From assembly GCF_009914755.1 (NCBI RefSeq), contig NC_060930.1: DNA of 64,000 nucleotides, one strand, 5' to 3'. This DNA comes from the human T2T-CHM13v2.0 reference genome, Homo sapiens. This document shows, one piece after another, positions 1-13,026 of the stretch. Position 1 is the first letter of the stretch. Every line of letters starts with the position of its first letter. Made by a program: the position numbers and the translations under genes. The notes beneath the pieces were generated by a model. The model saw only the letters and a program-made list of their open reading frames with translations. It did no database searches and was not told the DNA's origin.

Positions 1-1387
1 TTACATATTTGCATTAACTTCTGGTATAATTGGATAAGCCATTAATTTCTCTAGACCTCAGTTTTCTCGTTATTAAGTGAGCAAATCTTTTTATTAATCT
101 TCTCTGGTTATGACATTCCTTGATTGTAGCTAGGGTTGTGATTTTATATTTAAAACTCAATTGTCCTTGGGGTGTTATATTTTACTAAGCTGGAGAGTAT
201 CTTAAAATTTCCTTTTACTTAAATCTCCCCAAGGGCTGTATATTATCTTACATCTTCTTCAGAGAAACAGGGTAATTGTATGATTTTCAGCTATAAATAA
301 TGAAAGCCTCTGAAGTAGGAAAAGCTGATGTTGAAGCAAAACTAGAGTTAGGTTTTAAAAAGAGCCAATTATTGCTTAGTTATTAGACTTTTATCTAATC
401 AGAACTAAAATCATAAACACAGGTATAGGCTTTTATAGGTGATACCAAAAGAAAGGTAAATTAAGATTTAGAGAAAAAATGAGGAAGGATAGATCTATTT
501 TCTAAGAACTCATAATTTTCTGGGGTAGTGAAAATGTAAATGGTGTAGGATAAATATGGCAGATCTGTACTGTCTGAATATATATCAAGGAATAACAGAA
601 AGGGAGTTTTGTATTTCAAAGAAGCTATTTGTTATCAACATTGTCTCTAAGAGTGGTAAAGCAAGTCTAGCAAATGTGAAATTTTTACTAAGTATTCATG
701 TTTAGAACTTAAATTTGCATAAACTGCCATGAAGCTGATTAATAATAACCCGTATTTTGCTCTTTTCCAGGAACACTAGCTTGTTTACTAAGTGCCTTTT
801 TCTTTTTTAAAGTAAACATTGCAGCATTGTTTAGGAATTCAAATTCCAAAAGAAAAATTTTAAATATACACTTAAGGAGCTATTTTCCGAGCTCCATATT
901 GTTTACCTTATCATTCACTTACTTAGATCTTCCTCACTTTCTTATCTATGAATTTATCAAGCAACTGTCCTTTTGAAGTTAAACAGCTAGGCAACTCCTT
1001 TCATCTGAATTGAACATTCAGTGGAGAATAACAATCCATATTTTTATGTAACATTGAATTGATATAATTTTACAACTGCTTCTACATTGCTACCACCAAA
1101 TATCTAGGTGTCATAAATTTAGCAGCCAGAGTCTGAACATTAGGGTGGCATAATATATCCTATGTCTCCATGTGTTGTTAGTTTATCACTATAAAGGGTA
1201 ACAGAATTTCTAGAATTGCCTCTAGACAATTCAACCCCACTGCAGTTCTCTGAAATTGTATCAAACATAAGAGGCAGATATTTCAATCACTTGAACTTCC
1301 ATCAGAGGCAAGACCCAGGGTGATGGATTTACTAGCTGTGAGCTCCATAATTCTAAATTCATTTAGGAGACTAAATTCCTTTGGGTC

Positions 1388-1612
1388 TGTTATGGGCTGG
1401 ATTTTGTCCTCCCACTCCCTTAAATTCATATGTTGAAAAAAAAAACCGAGGAGATATTAATCTACAAGTCAAAATGATAGGCCCTCAGAAGAAAACAACG
1501 CCCCTGACACCTTGATCTTGAACTTCTGGCTTCCAGAATCATGAGAAAATAAATTTCCTTTAAGTTACCCAATCTGTATAACTTTGTTATGGCAGCCCAG
1601 AAAATTAATACA
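1388..1612 (+). mobile_element. MaLR solo LTR (MLT1A/B-like), internally deleted
   Basis: TG...CA termini (tgttatgggctgg...aattaataca). Carries MLT1 3' motifs 'gacaccttgatcttgaacttctggcttccagaa' and 'tttgttatggcagccc'. Near-perfect 5-bp TSD gggtc/gggtt. Confidence 0.8.
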
Positions 1613-2291
1613 GGGTTCAAACTCTGGAAGCTTTAAGGGACAGACCTCCTGGAACTTTTCTTAATTAAAACCTGTCCCTCATACCAATACCTATATAACA
1701 TTATGTATACTTCATTATAAACTCATTTGCCTAAGGCTGTCCTTAAATCTGGGTTTTGTAATAAAAAAATTTCACTCATGTCAATGTTCTGCAGTCAAGA
1801 ATCACTCAAATTTTGTGAATGCTTGGATTCTCTATCTTACACTTTTTATAGGGTCATATTTGAGATGTAAAGGTTGACTCATCTTCCTCATTCAAAAGAC
1901 AGAGACTTGGATCTCATGAGCATTTATTTCCCTTATGAAGACAGAATATAGTTGCGCACAGTTCTGTGAAAATAATAGTCAGTATAAGGCATATGTAAGG
2001 TGATAATGGCTTTTTCCCTCATTTACCATCAAATAATATCCTTAGGACCTAGTATTTCATCTGAAATTGTAAAGACAGGCATTTTTTATTAAAAAAGAAT
2101 GTCATACTCAGCATGTTACTGAAGCAGTAAGCAGTACTTACTAAAGCAGGGAGAATGAGTGATTTTTTGCATTGAGCCTGAAAGATAATAGAACAATAAT
2201 AGGCATCAAACATAGAAAAGCAAGACCTTCCTTTGTGTGCCATCTGAAACATCCAACTTTATATCTACGATCTGGTGACTTAATAACTTGT

Positions 2292-2447
2292 ACCATATTT
2301 TATAATTCACATTTTCCTATATTTATTATCTCTGAAATCAGAAGCATTTTACAATTGTTCATGTTTTATAATTATAAATGGCAGCATTATTTCCTTAGAA
2401 ATCTCTTAAAATCACTAATAGTAGCACTTTAGATTCTATGAAATATG
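2292..2447. mobile_element. MER104-like (TcMar-Tc2) non-autonomous DNA transposon
   Basis: 'cacattttcctatatttattatctctgaaatcagaagcattttacaattg' and the terminal 'ttagattctatgaaatatg' resemble the recalled MER104 consensus. Confidence 0.55.
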
Positions 2448-3290
2448 ATGATACTATTCCTAAACAGTAAAAATTAACTTGGGTTAAAAGAAAAAAATGT
2501 GTGCTTCTTTTCCTTAGTAAAGGTATCATAAACCTTTTCATCATGAAACCTTTAATACTTCTCTTTAATAAATCATATATTTTAATACCACTTTCTTCAA
2601 ATACCTCTCGGTGTTAGTGGAAATGTGTTTCTCCAATTGTTAATCAGTCTGAGTAGGAATAGAAAAACTAGGATTCAGTTTAATAATGATCTGACAGAAT
2701 TATATTTCTAGCCCTGCTAATGAGGAACAACTACTGTATTAAAGTACTAGGAGGTCATAATGTCTCAATATCTCACATTTTAAGTTCATTTGGAAGACTA
2801 AATCCATTGGGATTGTTAAGAGTTGGATTGTGCCCCCTTTCGGAAGTGGTCACCTCTTAACACTTATCATTTAATTTTACTTCTTAGCCTCTGACCACTT
2901 TTCAGATTATTGATGAGCAATCAATCAGCCCATCTTGAATTTTTGTATTTAAGTGCCTTATAATTACAATTGGCTACATAGCGAGAGTCATTACATGCCC
3001 CACAAATCTGAAAGGAAATCACAATGGCATAATTAAGCTCTCACCAGACAACCCTATTCCTTGGGCAATTATTTTATCAATACAATGAGAATAGTTTTTT
3101 TTGTTTTATTTTTAATACAAAAAAATGTATTTCACAATTGACAGAGGATGGTTCTTAAAGAACTAGATATTTTAAACCTTGTTATTAGGAACTTACAACC
3201 CTGTTAAACATAATCTTAGATAAATTTCAAGTAAATAATTCTTCATTTTGTGTGTATTCTCAACATATACTTTAATATATTCACTTACTT

Positions 3291-3593
3291 TTGTCAGGTT
3301 TGTTAAAGATCAGATGGCTGTAGATGTGTGGTGTTATTTCTGATGCCTCTGTTTTGTTCCATTGGTCTATATATCTGTTTTGGTACCAGTACCATGCTGT
3401 TTTGGTTACTGTAGCCTTGAAGTCAGGTAGCATAATGCCTCCAGCTTTGCTCTTTTTGCTTAGCATGGTCTTGGCTATACGGGATCTTTTTTCAGGTTGA
3501 TGGGTGCAGCAAACCACCATGGCACATGTATACCTATGTAACAAACCTGTACATTCAGCACATGTATCCCAGAACTTAAAGTATAAAATACAC
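3291..3593 (+). mobile_element. Short L1PA (about PA5-8) insertion with inverted 5' segment
   Basis: 3291-3490 is an antisense ORF2 piece (ORF 3281..3601-: [11 protein letters not shown]...[13 protein letters not shown]). 3494-3590 is the sense L1 3' terminus. Flanked by a 14-bp TSD atattcacttactt (3277-3290, 3594-3607). Confidence 0.9.
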
Positions 3594-3659
3594 ATATTCA
3601 CTTACTTCACAAATCTTTACTAAGTATCTAGCAGGTGTTAGACATTAATGACATTTACC

Positions 3660-4070
3660 ATGTCCTTAGTGGATCTCTTGCCATGCTGCTGTCAAGATGT
3701 TAGCTGAGGTCTCATCAAAAGTCTCAACTGTGGAGAATCATTTTCACTTCCACATGGTTGTCAACAGAAAGCAATTCTTTATGGGATGGATTGAGGGTCC
3801 TAGTTTAAACTAAACTAAATTATTTGCCACATAGGCCTCTTGAACAGAATAGCTTGTTTCATCAAAGCATGCATGCTGAGAAAGCCATAAAAGAGTCTCT
3901 TAGCAAGATGGAGGATATAATATTTTGTATTATAATCACAGAAGTGACGTCCCTTAGTTTTGCCATCTTATTCATTAAAAGGAGGATGACAATAAGGATT
4001 AGGAGTTACACCAGGACATGAATACCAGGAGGCAGAGATCACTGGGCGCTATCTTAGAAGTTTGTCTAGT
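3660..4070 (-). mobile_element. MLT1E/F-like MaLR LTR fragment
   Basis: 'gtcaagatgttagctgagg...tcacttccacatggttgtcaacag' and the end 'ggacatgaataccaggaggcagagatcactgggcgctatcttagaag'. Confidence 0.65.
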
Positions 4071-4082
4071 CAGCAAATTAAG

Positions 4083-4084
4083 TG

Positions 4085-4135
<51 letters not shown>

Positions 4136-4251
4136 CTAAATTCATTTAGAAGACTACATTTATATATATGTATGTGTGTGTAAAAGAATATATTAAAGTG
4201 TGTGTATATATATATACACACATACACGCATATATATTTACATATATATAT
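4083..4251. repeat. (TA)n / (TG)(CA) compound microsatellite
   Basis: Pure TA run at ~4091-4130, with degenerate TA/TG/CA tracts to ~4250. Confidence 0.95.
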
Positions 4252-4269
4252 GGAAAGAGTACTTCATGA

Positions 4270-6200
4270 AATTATATTACCAATTTAAATTCAGGGCTAG
4301 AGGATTATTATTTATGCTATACTAAATCTGTATGATTTCTTCTACAAAGCTAATCCTGATTTTCCAAAACATAGGAAATAATAAGATATTTTGTTTATCA
4401 CACATTAAACACAAAAAAATATTATCCACATCAGTATGATTACTGAAAGAAGTCAGTTTTTCTAGGCTCTTCCCATTCTTTCCCCATATTTTAATAATTG
4501 TACTTTACATTGTGTGAACATAGAGCCACTAAAAAGGATACTATTTCTCTTTTAACTTTCATGCAGTTTCACTTTTCCAATAAAGTCTCATTTATTGAGT
4601 CTCCACCTTTATACCTAGAAGTGTACACTAATATTTCTCTAGTTACTTTGGTTTTATGCAGCTTGTTCTTAGTCGATTTCTTAGAAACTGCTGTGGGAGT
4701 CATAATCCCTGAGTTCTTAGATGTTGATAGCAATTTGTCTTTAATACTTGATTGTCAGATGTGTGTGTGTGTGGGTGTAAAATCTTTGGCTCATAGTTTC
4801 TCTAATTTCTTCTAGCATAAAATGTTACTGTCAAAGTGTCTGATGATTATCCAGTTTTCCTTCCCTTTTAAGGTATTTTCTTTTTTTGGCTTAGATTACC
4901 AAAGCATTTTTCTTTTGTTTAAAGTCCAGAAGTTTTGCAAGTATATATGTTTGAGTGTTGGTTATTCTGTGTTGATATTCTTAGGCTGAAGTGTGCTCTG
5001 TCAATTGCTGGTTTGCTATTTTTAGTTTTCCAAAAGTGTTTGGAACAATGCTTTTTTAGTATTTATTACATTATCTTGTTTTATATTTCTTTAGGAAGTA
5101 TTATAATCCATATGTTGTTTTTTGACTACTTTCATTATTTTTCATATTTAAAAAAAATTATTTTTAAATTCTACTTTAAAAATTTAATTCCCTTCTCTTT
5201 ACTTATTTCGTTTAAGGTCTTACCTATGTTATTTGCTTTTGTGTTTCTTCTGATTTCTGATTTCAAATTTACCTGCAACTTATTTTTCTATTATTTTTAA
5301 TTTATACCTGATATATCTTACTTCACTTGTGAGTTTTTATAAATTTGTAAAGTATGTTTTTTAGTATTACCATTTTCTTATTTTACCTCATTCAGAAATA
5401 ATAGGTAACAGTTTTGATCTGTTTTGTGGGTGTATCTTTCTTGCATGCTATCATTAACTGTAGCAGTGTTATTCTGCCCCTTATTCTCTGTTTTTTTTTT
5501 AATAATACCATTTTATGAGATTGGAGCCTTTAAGGCAACATTATTTTACCTAAAATGTTAAAGGCAGACATAGTTCAAGATAGATTTTCTAACTTCATTT
5601 AATTTCCTGTTCCATTATTGTGGGAATGTGTTTAAAAACACAGCAACTTCCTTTCTGAGATTTCCAGGCTCTGTTCTTCTCTCCCCTGTTTATCTAGATC
5701 TCCATCTTTCCTTCATCTCTCTTCTCTCTCTATTCTATTTCATTGTGATTCTACTCCCAAGTTTAAGACTCTGCCCTGGAAAGGAGCTATGTCTGGCTGG
5801 TTTCATGAGATTCTGTGACTCAAACTGCTCTAGGACCTATACCCAGGATCTCTGTGCTGTTAGAGCAGCAAAATCCAACTACAGCTGTTGTTTTCAAATT
5901 GGTCCAGAGGACCTTAAAGTGAAAATATGTTGACTCTTTGGGATTCTCCTCTTCTCTGACCTGTCAGATGTGCTACTGCTTCCATCTATTTATTCCTGCA
6001 TACATTCTCATATCATGGATGTCATGTCACAACTAGTAAATTGTCATCACTTAAGCTGTTATTCAATTATGTTATATATGCTATCTGTGTTTTGTTTTGT
6101 TTTATTTATTTTGTTATATGCAGTTGGCCTTTTTTTTTAATCAGTGGATTCAGAGATTAGCAAAATGTATACCACCATGACTGCCATTTTCCAAGTATTC
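4270..6200 (-). mobile_element. Highly decayed old L1M fragments
   Basis: Strong T-richness and L1M-like phrases such as 'ttctagcataaaatgttactgtcaaagtgtctgatg'. Subfamily cannot be resolved. Confidence 0.45.
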
Positions 6201-6535
6201 ACAGGTTTTTAGTTACTGTTTTATTATGAGATTCTTATCTTATAATTACCTGGAAATCCAGGTAACGTACCCATGGTCCTTATTCTCAAACAACTTATAG
6301 TGTATTAAATGAAAGTAGATAAATGTGCTGAACTCTGTTATAAAACAGAATTTATTCATTCAACAAATATTTATTATGTGTTATGGGTCAGAAACCATTA
6401 CGGATGCTGAAAATTAAGCAGAGATGAGGCACAGGCTCTTATTCTAATGGGCCTTATGGTTTGTCAAAGAGCATCAAAGTGCACATTAAAAGTGATCATA
6501 TCAGCCCTCACAAAATACCATAAAAAATTAAATAG

Positions 6536-6569
6536 ATCATTTCTTGGCCTTTGGCTATTGTCAAGTGTA
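6536..6569 (+). pseudogene. 3'-truncated (tailless) U2 snRNA retrocopy
   Basis: atcatttcttggcctttggctattgtcaagtgta aligns to the U2 5' end ATCGCTTCTCGGCCTTTTGGCTAAGATCAAGTGTA. Flanked by an imperfect 12-bp direct repeat aaaattaaatag / agaataaaatag. Confidence 0.85.
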
Positions 6570-7540
6570 AGAATAAAATAGAAATTTTAATTGAGAACAA
6601 CTGGTGTAGAGTAGTAGGAGGATACTTATGATTGGTTGGCCAAGAATGGCTTCTTTATGGAGCTAATAGCTAAACTATTGAATGATGAAAAAAGTTAACC
6701 ATATGAAAATCTGAAGGTGTATTATTACGGCCCAAAGAATAACTAAATATAAAGGTTTTAATGCTGTAGCAAACTTGCTACTGCGAGGACCAGACAGAGC
6801 ATTCTAATCCATATCAATGAGAGAAAGAAGTCAGAGGTAAAACATGAGATAAATTCAGAGATCCAGGTGTGTGTCAGATTACAAGAGGTCAATATGAATA
6901 TTGTCAATGAGACTGGATTTGATAATAGCTAGTAAGATAAGCCTTGGCAGTATTATGAGCAAAAGAGTGAATTGATCTAATTCTCTCTGAACTCCATGTA
7001 GACAATGCAATGCACTAGTGAAAAGTGGAATCAAGTAGACCCACTAGCTTCTTTGACAGGAGTCTAGAGGATAAGAATGGTGGCTTAAGTTAGGGAAGCA
7101 GCAATGAAAACAGATGGAAATGGATAGCTTCAGAATATATTTTTGAGAGATTGACTTTATGGATGCTTCCCAGATTACAGAAAATACCTGTCTCACAGGA
7201 TATGTTTTGAAATGTATAATACAGAAGCAGAGAAAGTTTGTGTGACACAGTAAGAGAATTAATTATGAATTCTGCATTTGGCATGTTGTTCTACAAGTGA
7301 AAAATATCAAGAAAGCAGTTGGAGCTTAGAAGAAAGTTCAATACAGGAGGTAAACAGATGGAAGTCAGTTGTAAGTGGGTTTTTAAAACCACACCTGAAA
7401 TTATATCACAAAAGACAAGAGCATAACAAAAAAGAAAATAGGGTCCAGTTCCAACATTTGATAGTACTTCAATATTTATAGTTCTGCAACCATAAGAGGA
7501 ACCAAGGGAAGAGAATACAAATCATTACCTCTGGAGCTAG

Positions 7541-7895
7541 TGCTATGATCTGAATGTGTTCCCTCCAATATTGTCTTAAAATTTAACCCCCAAGGTGATG
7601 GTATTAGAATATGGGGCCTTTGGTAGTTGATTAGGTCATTAGGGCTCCAAACTAATGAATGGGAATAATCCCCTTATACAAAAGATGCCAGAGAAATGGA
7701 TAGCCCTTTCTTCCATAAGGTTACAGTGAAAAGACATACATTTATGAAGAAAGCAGACCATCACCAGACATTGAATCTGCTTGCTCCTCGATGTTGGACT
7801 TGCCAACCTCCAGATCTGTAAGAAATAAATTTATGTAATATATAAGCTATCCAGTTTGTAATGCTTTGTTATAGCAACCCAGATGGACTAAGACA
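7541..7895 (+). mobile_element. MLT1A0-like solo LTR
   Basis: 355 bp, tgctatgatctgaatg...ggactaagaca. TSD gctag/ggtag. Confidence 0.85.
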
Positions 7896-10337
7896 GGTAG
7901 GAATAAAACAAAAAGAATAGTGACATACAAGACAAGAAGAGATAATTTTTCAGAAAATATTCATTGCGTTGAATAATACTAAGAACACATGATAGGTGAA
8001 CACAGAGATGTAGTATTTGTGTTTATCAAATTGAAGTCATTGGTAAAGTTGATAAGATCAAATTTGGATGAGTTAGGTAACAGAAGCTCATCTGAGATAG
8101 GTGTGACTGTCAAGATTTTATTCTTTCAAAAATTTTGTTGTAAAGATGAGCAAACAGAGAGGTGTGCCTGGACAAAGAAGTGAAGGTTGAGGGATGATTT
8201 ATTCATGTGTGTGTGTCAGTTTTAAAGAAGACAGTTGTAGCTGATTATAATATGTCACTAGAAAAGGAAAAATTGATAATTCGGATGATTCAATGTGTAA
8301 TTTCCAGAATAAAATTTGTGAGAAATTAAGAAAGAATGTGATCCAGAATGCAAGAGCCTTTGTTAGCTATGTTCTGTATAGTAACAATGAAGGAGAAGGG
8401 AGTATGGGCTCAGATTCAGAAAACTTGTGAGGTTTAAGAGAAAGAAGGCAAGGATATCCCATCTGATAGCATCTTTTTAAAAAATGCAATATAAAACAAG
8501 GCCATTAGCTGACAGGGAGTATGTGTGCAGATATTTCAATACTTTTGTACAGCAAATAAGAAGGCTTTTGATAAAATAGAGAAGTAAAAATGGAATTTGG
8601 TGTGCAGCATTATGAATAAACTAGGAAAATCATGGTAAGAAATTATGAACTGCATAGAGTTTCCATAAGGTTTTGTTGTGATTAATTTAAATTGAAGTCA
8701 CTCATATGTTTTGTAGGTATTTTCTCAAGAAATACTGTTTATCAGATATTTATCTGATAAATATAAACATAATTACTAGATAATGAAATCATGGAAGACC
8801 TCATAAAGGAGGTGAAACTTGAGCAAAGTGTTAAAATGCAGGAAAGTTTACTCAGAAGGACAAAGAGGAAGGGAAAAATGTTTGCTAAGGACATAAGCAG
8901 TTTAGGAAAAAAATAACAATTTTATATGATAACATCAAAGGCCTATGTGTGGATGAGATAAGAAAGAGGAAAAGTGGAGGCCCAGGAAGCAGTGGGAAAA
9001 GTTGTAGCAAATTTCAAGGGTCTAACATATATCATGTTTATGATTCTAAAGTTTATCCTTTAGGTTATAGTAAATCAAAGTATAATTTCAAACAGCTAAA
9101 CAATATGATCATATAAAATAATTAGGAGCATGATCTTCTAATGATCACAATTCAAATACTCTGTAAATATTTTTTAATATCTCTCAAGTTTATACTAATT
9201 TATTTTTCCATCCTTACATACCATATTAAGTACAATGCGCTTCATCTGTAGGTTACTCAACCATGTCTCTTGCTTGGTTGACAGACTGATTTCTAAATAT
9301 ATATATCTTTTCCCCTACATAAGGAAGCAGTTCATATAGTCACTGATCTCTTATTGAAAACCTTTGTGGAAAAAAACCATATAAATAGATACATCTAAAT
9401 TATTTAAGAATTCTCAATTGCACAACTCTACTATTCTTATCAGTCTATTAAAATTATTTTCTTTCATTTTCAATCAGGATCTATTCATTTTCAAGACAGC
9501 ACTTCAGAAATTTCCATTATAAGGAAACTACAAACATAGATATTATTGGCATTCTTATTTTACACGGTACTGAGGAGACTTGTCTTTCTCTTCTGATGCC
9601 TAATTTTCATAATTTATCTCATTTTATAGCTTTTTATTATATCTATTTCATTTCTGAAGTATTTCTATTTTAATTACTTAAAAATTTCTCTCATCTTCAG
9701 AGAATCGACTGCCTGAAAATATTTCAATCAATGGCTTTTCATATACTCTCTATAAAATTTTTATATTTTAATAAACTGATAATCCAATAGTGCATTCTTT
9801 TTTTTATAACTCCCCTCTCACTTCACTTCAAACTGCAAATTTAGTATCTAGAACTTTCTGTGAGTCTTCTACTTTCATCAAATATGAAGTCTCTCTCAAG
9901 TCTGTATTAAAGTTGTTTTTCCAAGAAATCTTCCCTTTTCTTTCAAAAGTCAAGTTAAATAAAGAACAGTTGGTCGTTATTACCTGATTATTCATTATCT
10001 GAGTTCTACAATCATGGCAATGTCTAGGGAAACAAGTCATCACAAAGAAAAATGTAACAGTTAACTGACCTTGTATATATGTTATCCCTCTTTAAACTCT
10101 TTTCACCTTAGCATTCCATTCTAATCCTTCCCACTGTGTTATGGTCTATCTGTTTTATATATCTCAAAATTGCAAGTAAATCGATCTCCAAATTTAAATC
10201 ACACAAAAATAGCAATTCTATAAAGTCCTTAGGAACAAAAAATGTGGAACTAAATTACTGATAAAGAGACTGATAGATAAAGATTTGAAAGAGATAGATG
10301 AGTTAAGAACTGAAGGAGAGATAATTGATGAGGATGA

Positions 10338-10625
10338 TGTATTCATTTCCCAGCGCTGACATAACAAAGTACCTACCACACACTGAATGGCTTACGGCAT
10401 CAAAAACTTATTCCTTCACAGTTCTGAAGGCTAGAAGCCCAAAATTAATGTGTTAGCACTATTGATACCTTCTAGAGACTCAGGAAAAATCTTGTTCCAT
10501 GCCTCTCTTCTAGTTTCTGGTGGTTTCTGGAAATCTTTGTCATTTTTTGACTTGTAGACTCATCACTCGAATCTGTCTCTGTCTTCACATAGCATTATTT
10601 TCTTTATGTATCTATGTATCCAAGT
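10338..10625 (-). mobile_element. MLT1B/C LTR, left part (split by L1)
   Basis: Starts 'tgtattcatttcccagcgctgacataacaaagtacc...cacagttctgaaggctagaag'. It resumes at ~13027. Confidence 0.8.
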
Positions 10626-10731
10626 TACATAAAAAAAAATGCTTCATGTATACTACATGTACCTTTAGGTACCTACTTTATCCAAAATTCAGGAAAGATA
10701 CCTTATGTATCTTTTATGTATCTACATATTC

Positions 10732-13026
10732 TTTTTTAAAAAAAATTATACTTAAGTTCTGGAATACATGTGCAGAACATGCAGGTTTGTTGCATAGGTA
10801 CACATGTCCCATGGTGGTTTGCTGTACCTATCAACCTGTAATCTACATTACTTATTTCTTCTAATGCTATCCCTCCCCTTGCTCACCAGCCCCCAACAAG
10901 CCCCAGTGTATGATGTTCCCCTCCCTGTGCCCATATGTTCTTATTGTTCAATTCCCACTTATGAGTGAGAAGATGCAGTGTTTGGTTTTCTGTTCCTGTG
11001 TTAGTTTGTTGAGAATGATGGTTTACAGCTTCATCCATGTCCCTGCAAAGGACATGAACTCATCCTTTTTCATGGCTGCATAGTATTCCATGGGGTATAT
11101 GTGCCACATTTTCTTTATCCAGTCTATCATTGATAGGCACTTGGGTTGGTTCCAAGTCTGCTATTGTGAACAGTGCTGCAGTAAACATACATGTGCATGT
11201 GTCTTTATAGTAGAATGTTTATAATCCTTTGGGTAAATAACCAGTACTGGGATTGCTGGGTCAAATGGTATTTCTGGTTCTAGATCCTTGAGGAATCACC
11301 ACACTGTCTTCCACGGTGGTTGAACCAATTTATACTCCCACCAACAGTGTAAAAGCATTCCTATTTCTCCACATCTTCTCCAGCATCTGTTGTTTCTTCA
11401 CTTTTTAATGATTGCCATTCTAACTGGTATGAGATGGTATCTCATGGTGGTTTTGATTTGCATTTCTCTAATGACCAGTGATTATGAGCTTTTATTCATA
11501 TGTTTGTTGGCCGCATAAATGTCTTCTTTTGAAAAGTGTCTGTTCATATCCTTTGCCCACTTTTTGATGGGGTTGTTTGTTATTTTCTTGTAAATTTGTT
11601 TAAGTTCCTTGTGGATTCTGGATATTAACCCATTGTCAGATGGATAGATTGCAAAAATGTTCTCCCATTCTGTAGGTTGATTGTTTAATCTGGTGATAGT
11701 CTCTTGCTGTGCAGAAGCTCTTTTGTTTAATTAGATCCCATTGCCTATTTTGGCTTTTGTTGCCATTGCTTTTGATGTTTTAGTCATGAAGTCTTTGCCA
11801 ATGCCTGTGTCCTGAATGGTATTGTCTAGGTTTTCTTCTAGGGTTTGTATGGTTTTAGGTCTTACATTTAAATCCTTAATCCGTCTTAAGTTAATTTTTG
11901 TATAAGGTGTAAGGAAGGGATCCAGTTTCAGTTTTCTGCATAATGTTAGCCAGTTTTCCCAACACCATTTATTAAATAGGCAATCCTTTCCCCATTGCTT
12001 GTTTTTGTCAGGTTTGTCAAAGATCCAATGGTTGTAGATGTGTGGTGTTATTTCTGAGGTCTCTGTTCTGTTCCATTGGCCTATATATCAGTTTTGGTAC
12101 CACTATGAAGCTGTTTTGGTTACTGTAGCCTTGTAGTGTAGTTTGAAGTCAGGTAGCATGATGCCTCCAGCTTTGTTCCTTTTGCTTAGAATTGTCTTGG
12201 CTATACGGGCTCTTTTTTGGTTCCATATGAAATTTAAATTAGTGTTGCTTTTTTTTTTTTTGACTGAGTCTTGCTCTGTTGCCCAGGCTGGAGTGCAGTG
12301 GCATGATCTCAGCTCACTGCAACCTCTGACTCCCGGGTTCAAGCAATTCTCTGCCTCAGCCTCCCAAGTAGCTGGGATTACAGGTCCCCACCACCACGCC
12401 TGGCCAATTGTTGTATTTTTATTAGGGACGGGGTTTCACCATCTTAGCCAGGCTGGTCTTGAACTCCTGACTTCGTGATCCACCCGCCTCATCCTCCCAA
12501 AGTGCTAAGATTACAGGCGTGAGCCACCCATTTTGGCCTAAAATATTTTTTTATAATTCTGTGAAGATAGTCAATAGTAGCTTGATGGGAATAGCATTGA
12601 ATCTATAAATTACCTTGCACAGTATGACCATTTTCACGATATTGATTTTTCGTATCCATGAGCATGGAATGTTCTTCCATTTGTTTGTGTCCTCTCTTAC
12701 TTCCTTCAGCAGTGGTTTGTAGTTCTTCTATAAGAGGTCCTTCACATTCCTTGTAAGTTGGATTCCTAGGTATTTTATTCTCTTTGTAGCAATTGTGAAT
12801 GGGAGTTCACTCATAATTTGGCTCTCTGTTTGTCTATTATTGGTGTATAGGAATCCTTGTGATTTTTGCACATTGATTTTATATCCTGAGACTTTGCTGA
12901 AGTTGTTTATGAGCTTAAGGAGTTTTGGGGCTGAGACGATGGGATTTTCTAAATATACAATCATGTCATCTGCAAACAGAGATAATTTGGCTTCCTCTCT
13001 TCCTATTTGATTACCCTTTATTTCTT
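10732..13026 (-). mobile_element. 5'-truncated L1PA7/8-like LINE-1 (~2 kb plus a nested Alu)
   Basis: 3' UTR 'ttaagttctggaatacatgtgcagaacatgcagg'. ORF2 RT motif [13 protein letters not shown] in ORF 12728..13036-. Confidence 0.95.
12249..12538 (-). mobile_element. AluS (Sg-like) nested in L1 ORF2
   Basis: Full dimeric Alu with poly(T) at the left. L1 sequence is contiguous on both sides. Confidence 0.95.

Larger units (their letters stand above)
6350..8700 (-). mobile_element. L2 LINE (decayed), interrupted by a U2 fragment and MLT1A
   Basis: L2 3'-end signature 'attcattcaacaaatatttatt' at ~6354, followed by a purine-rich L2 antisense body ('gcagcaatgaaaacagatggaaatggatagcttcagaatatattttt'). 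Confidence 0.7.

Noticed and set aside
750-800. Acceptor-like 'ttttgctcttttccag|g'
   Set aside because: No matching donor or open frame downstream. It is an isolated motif.
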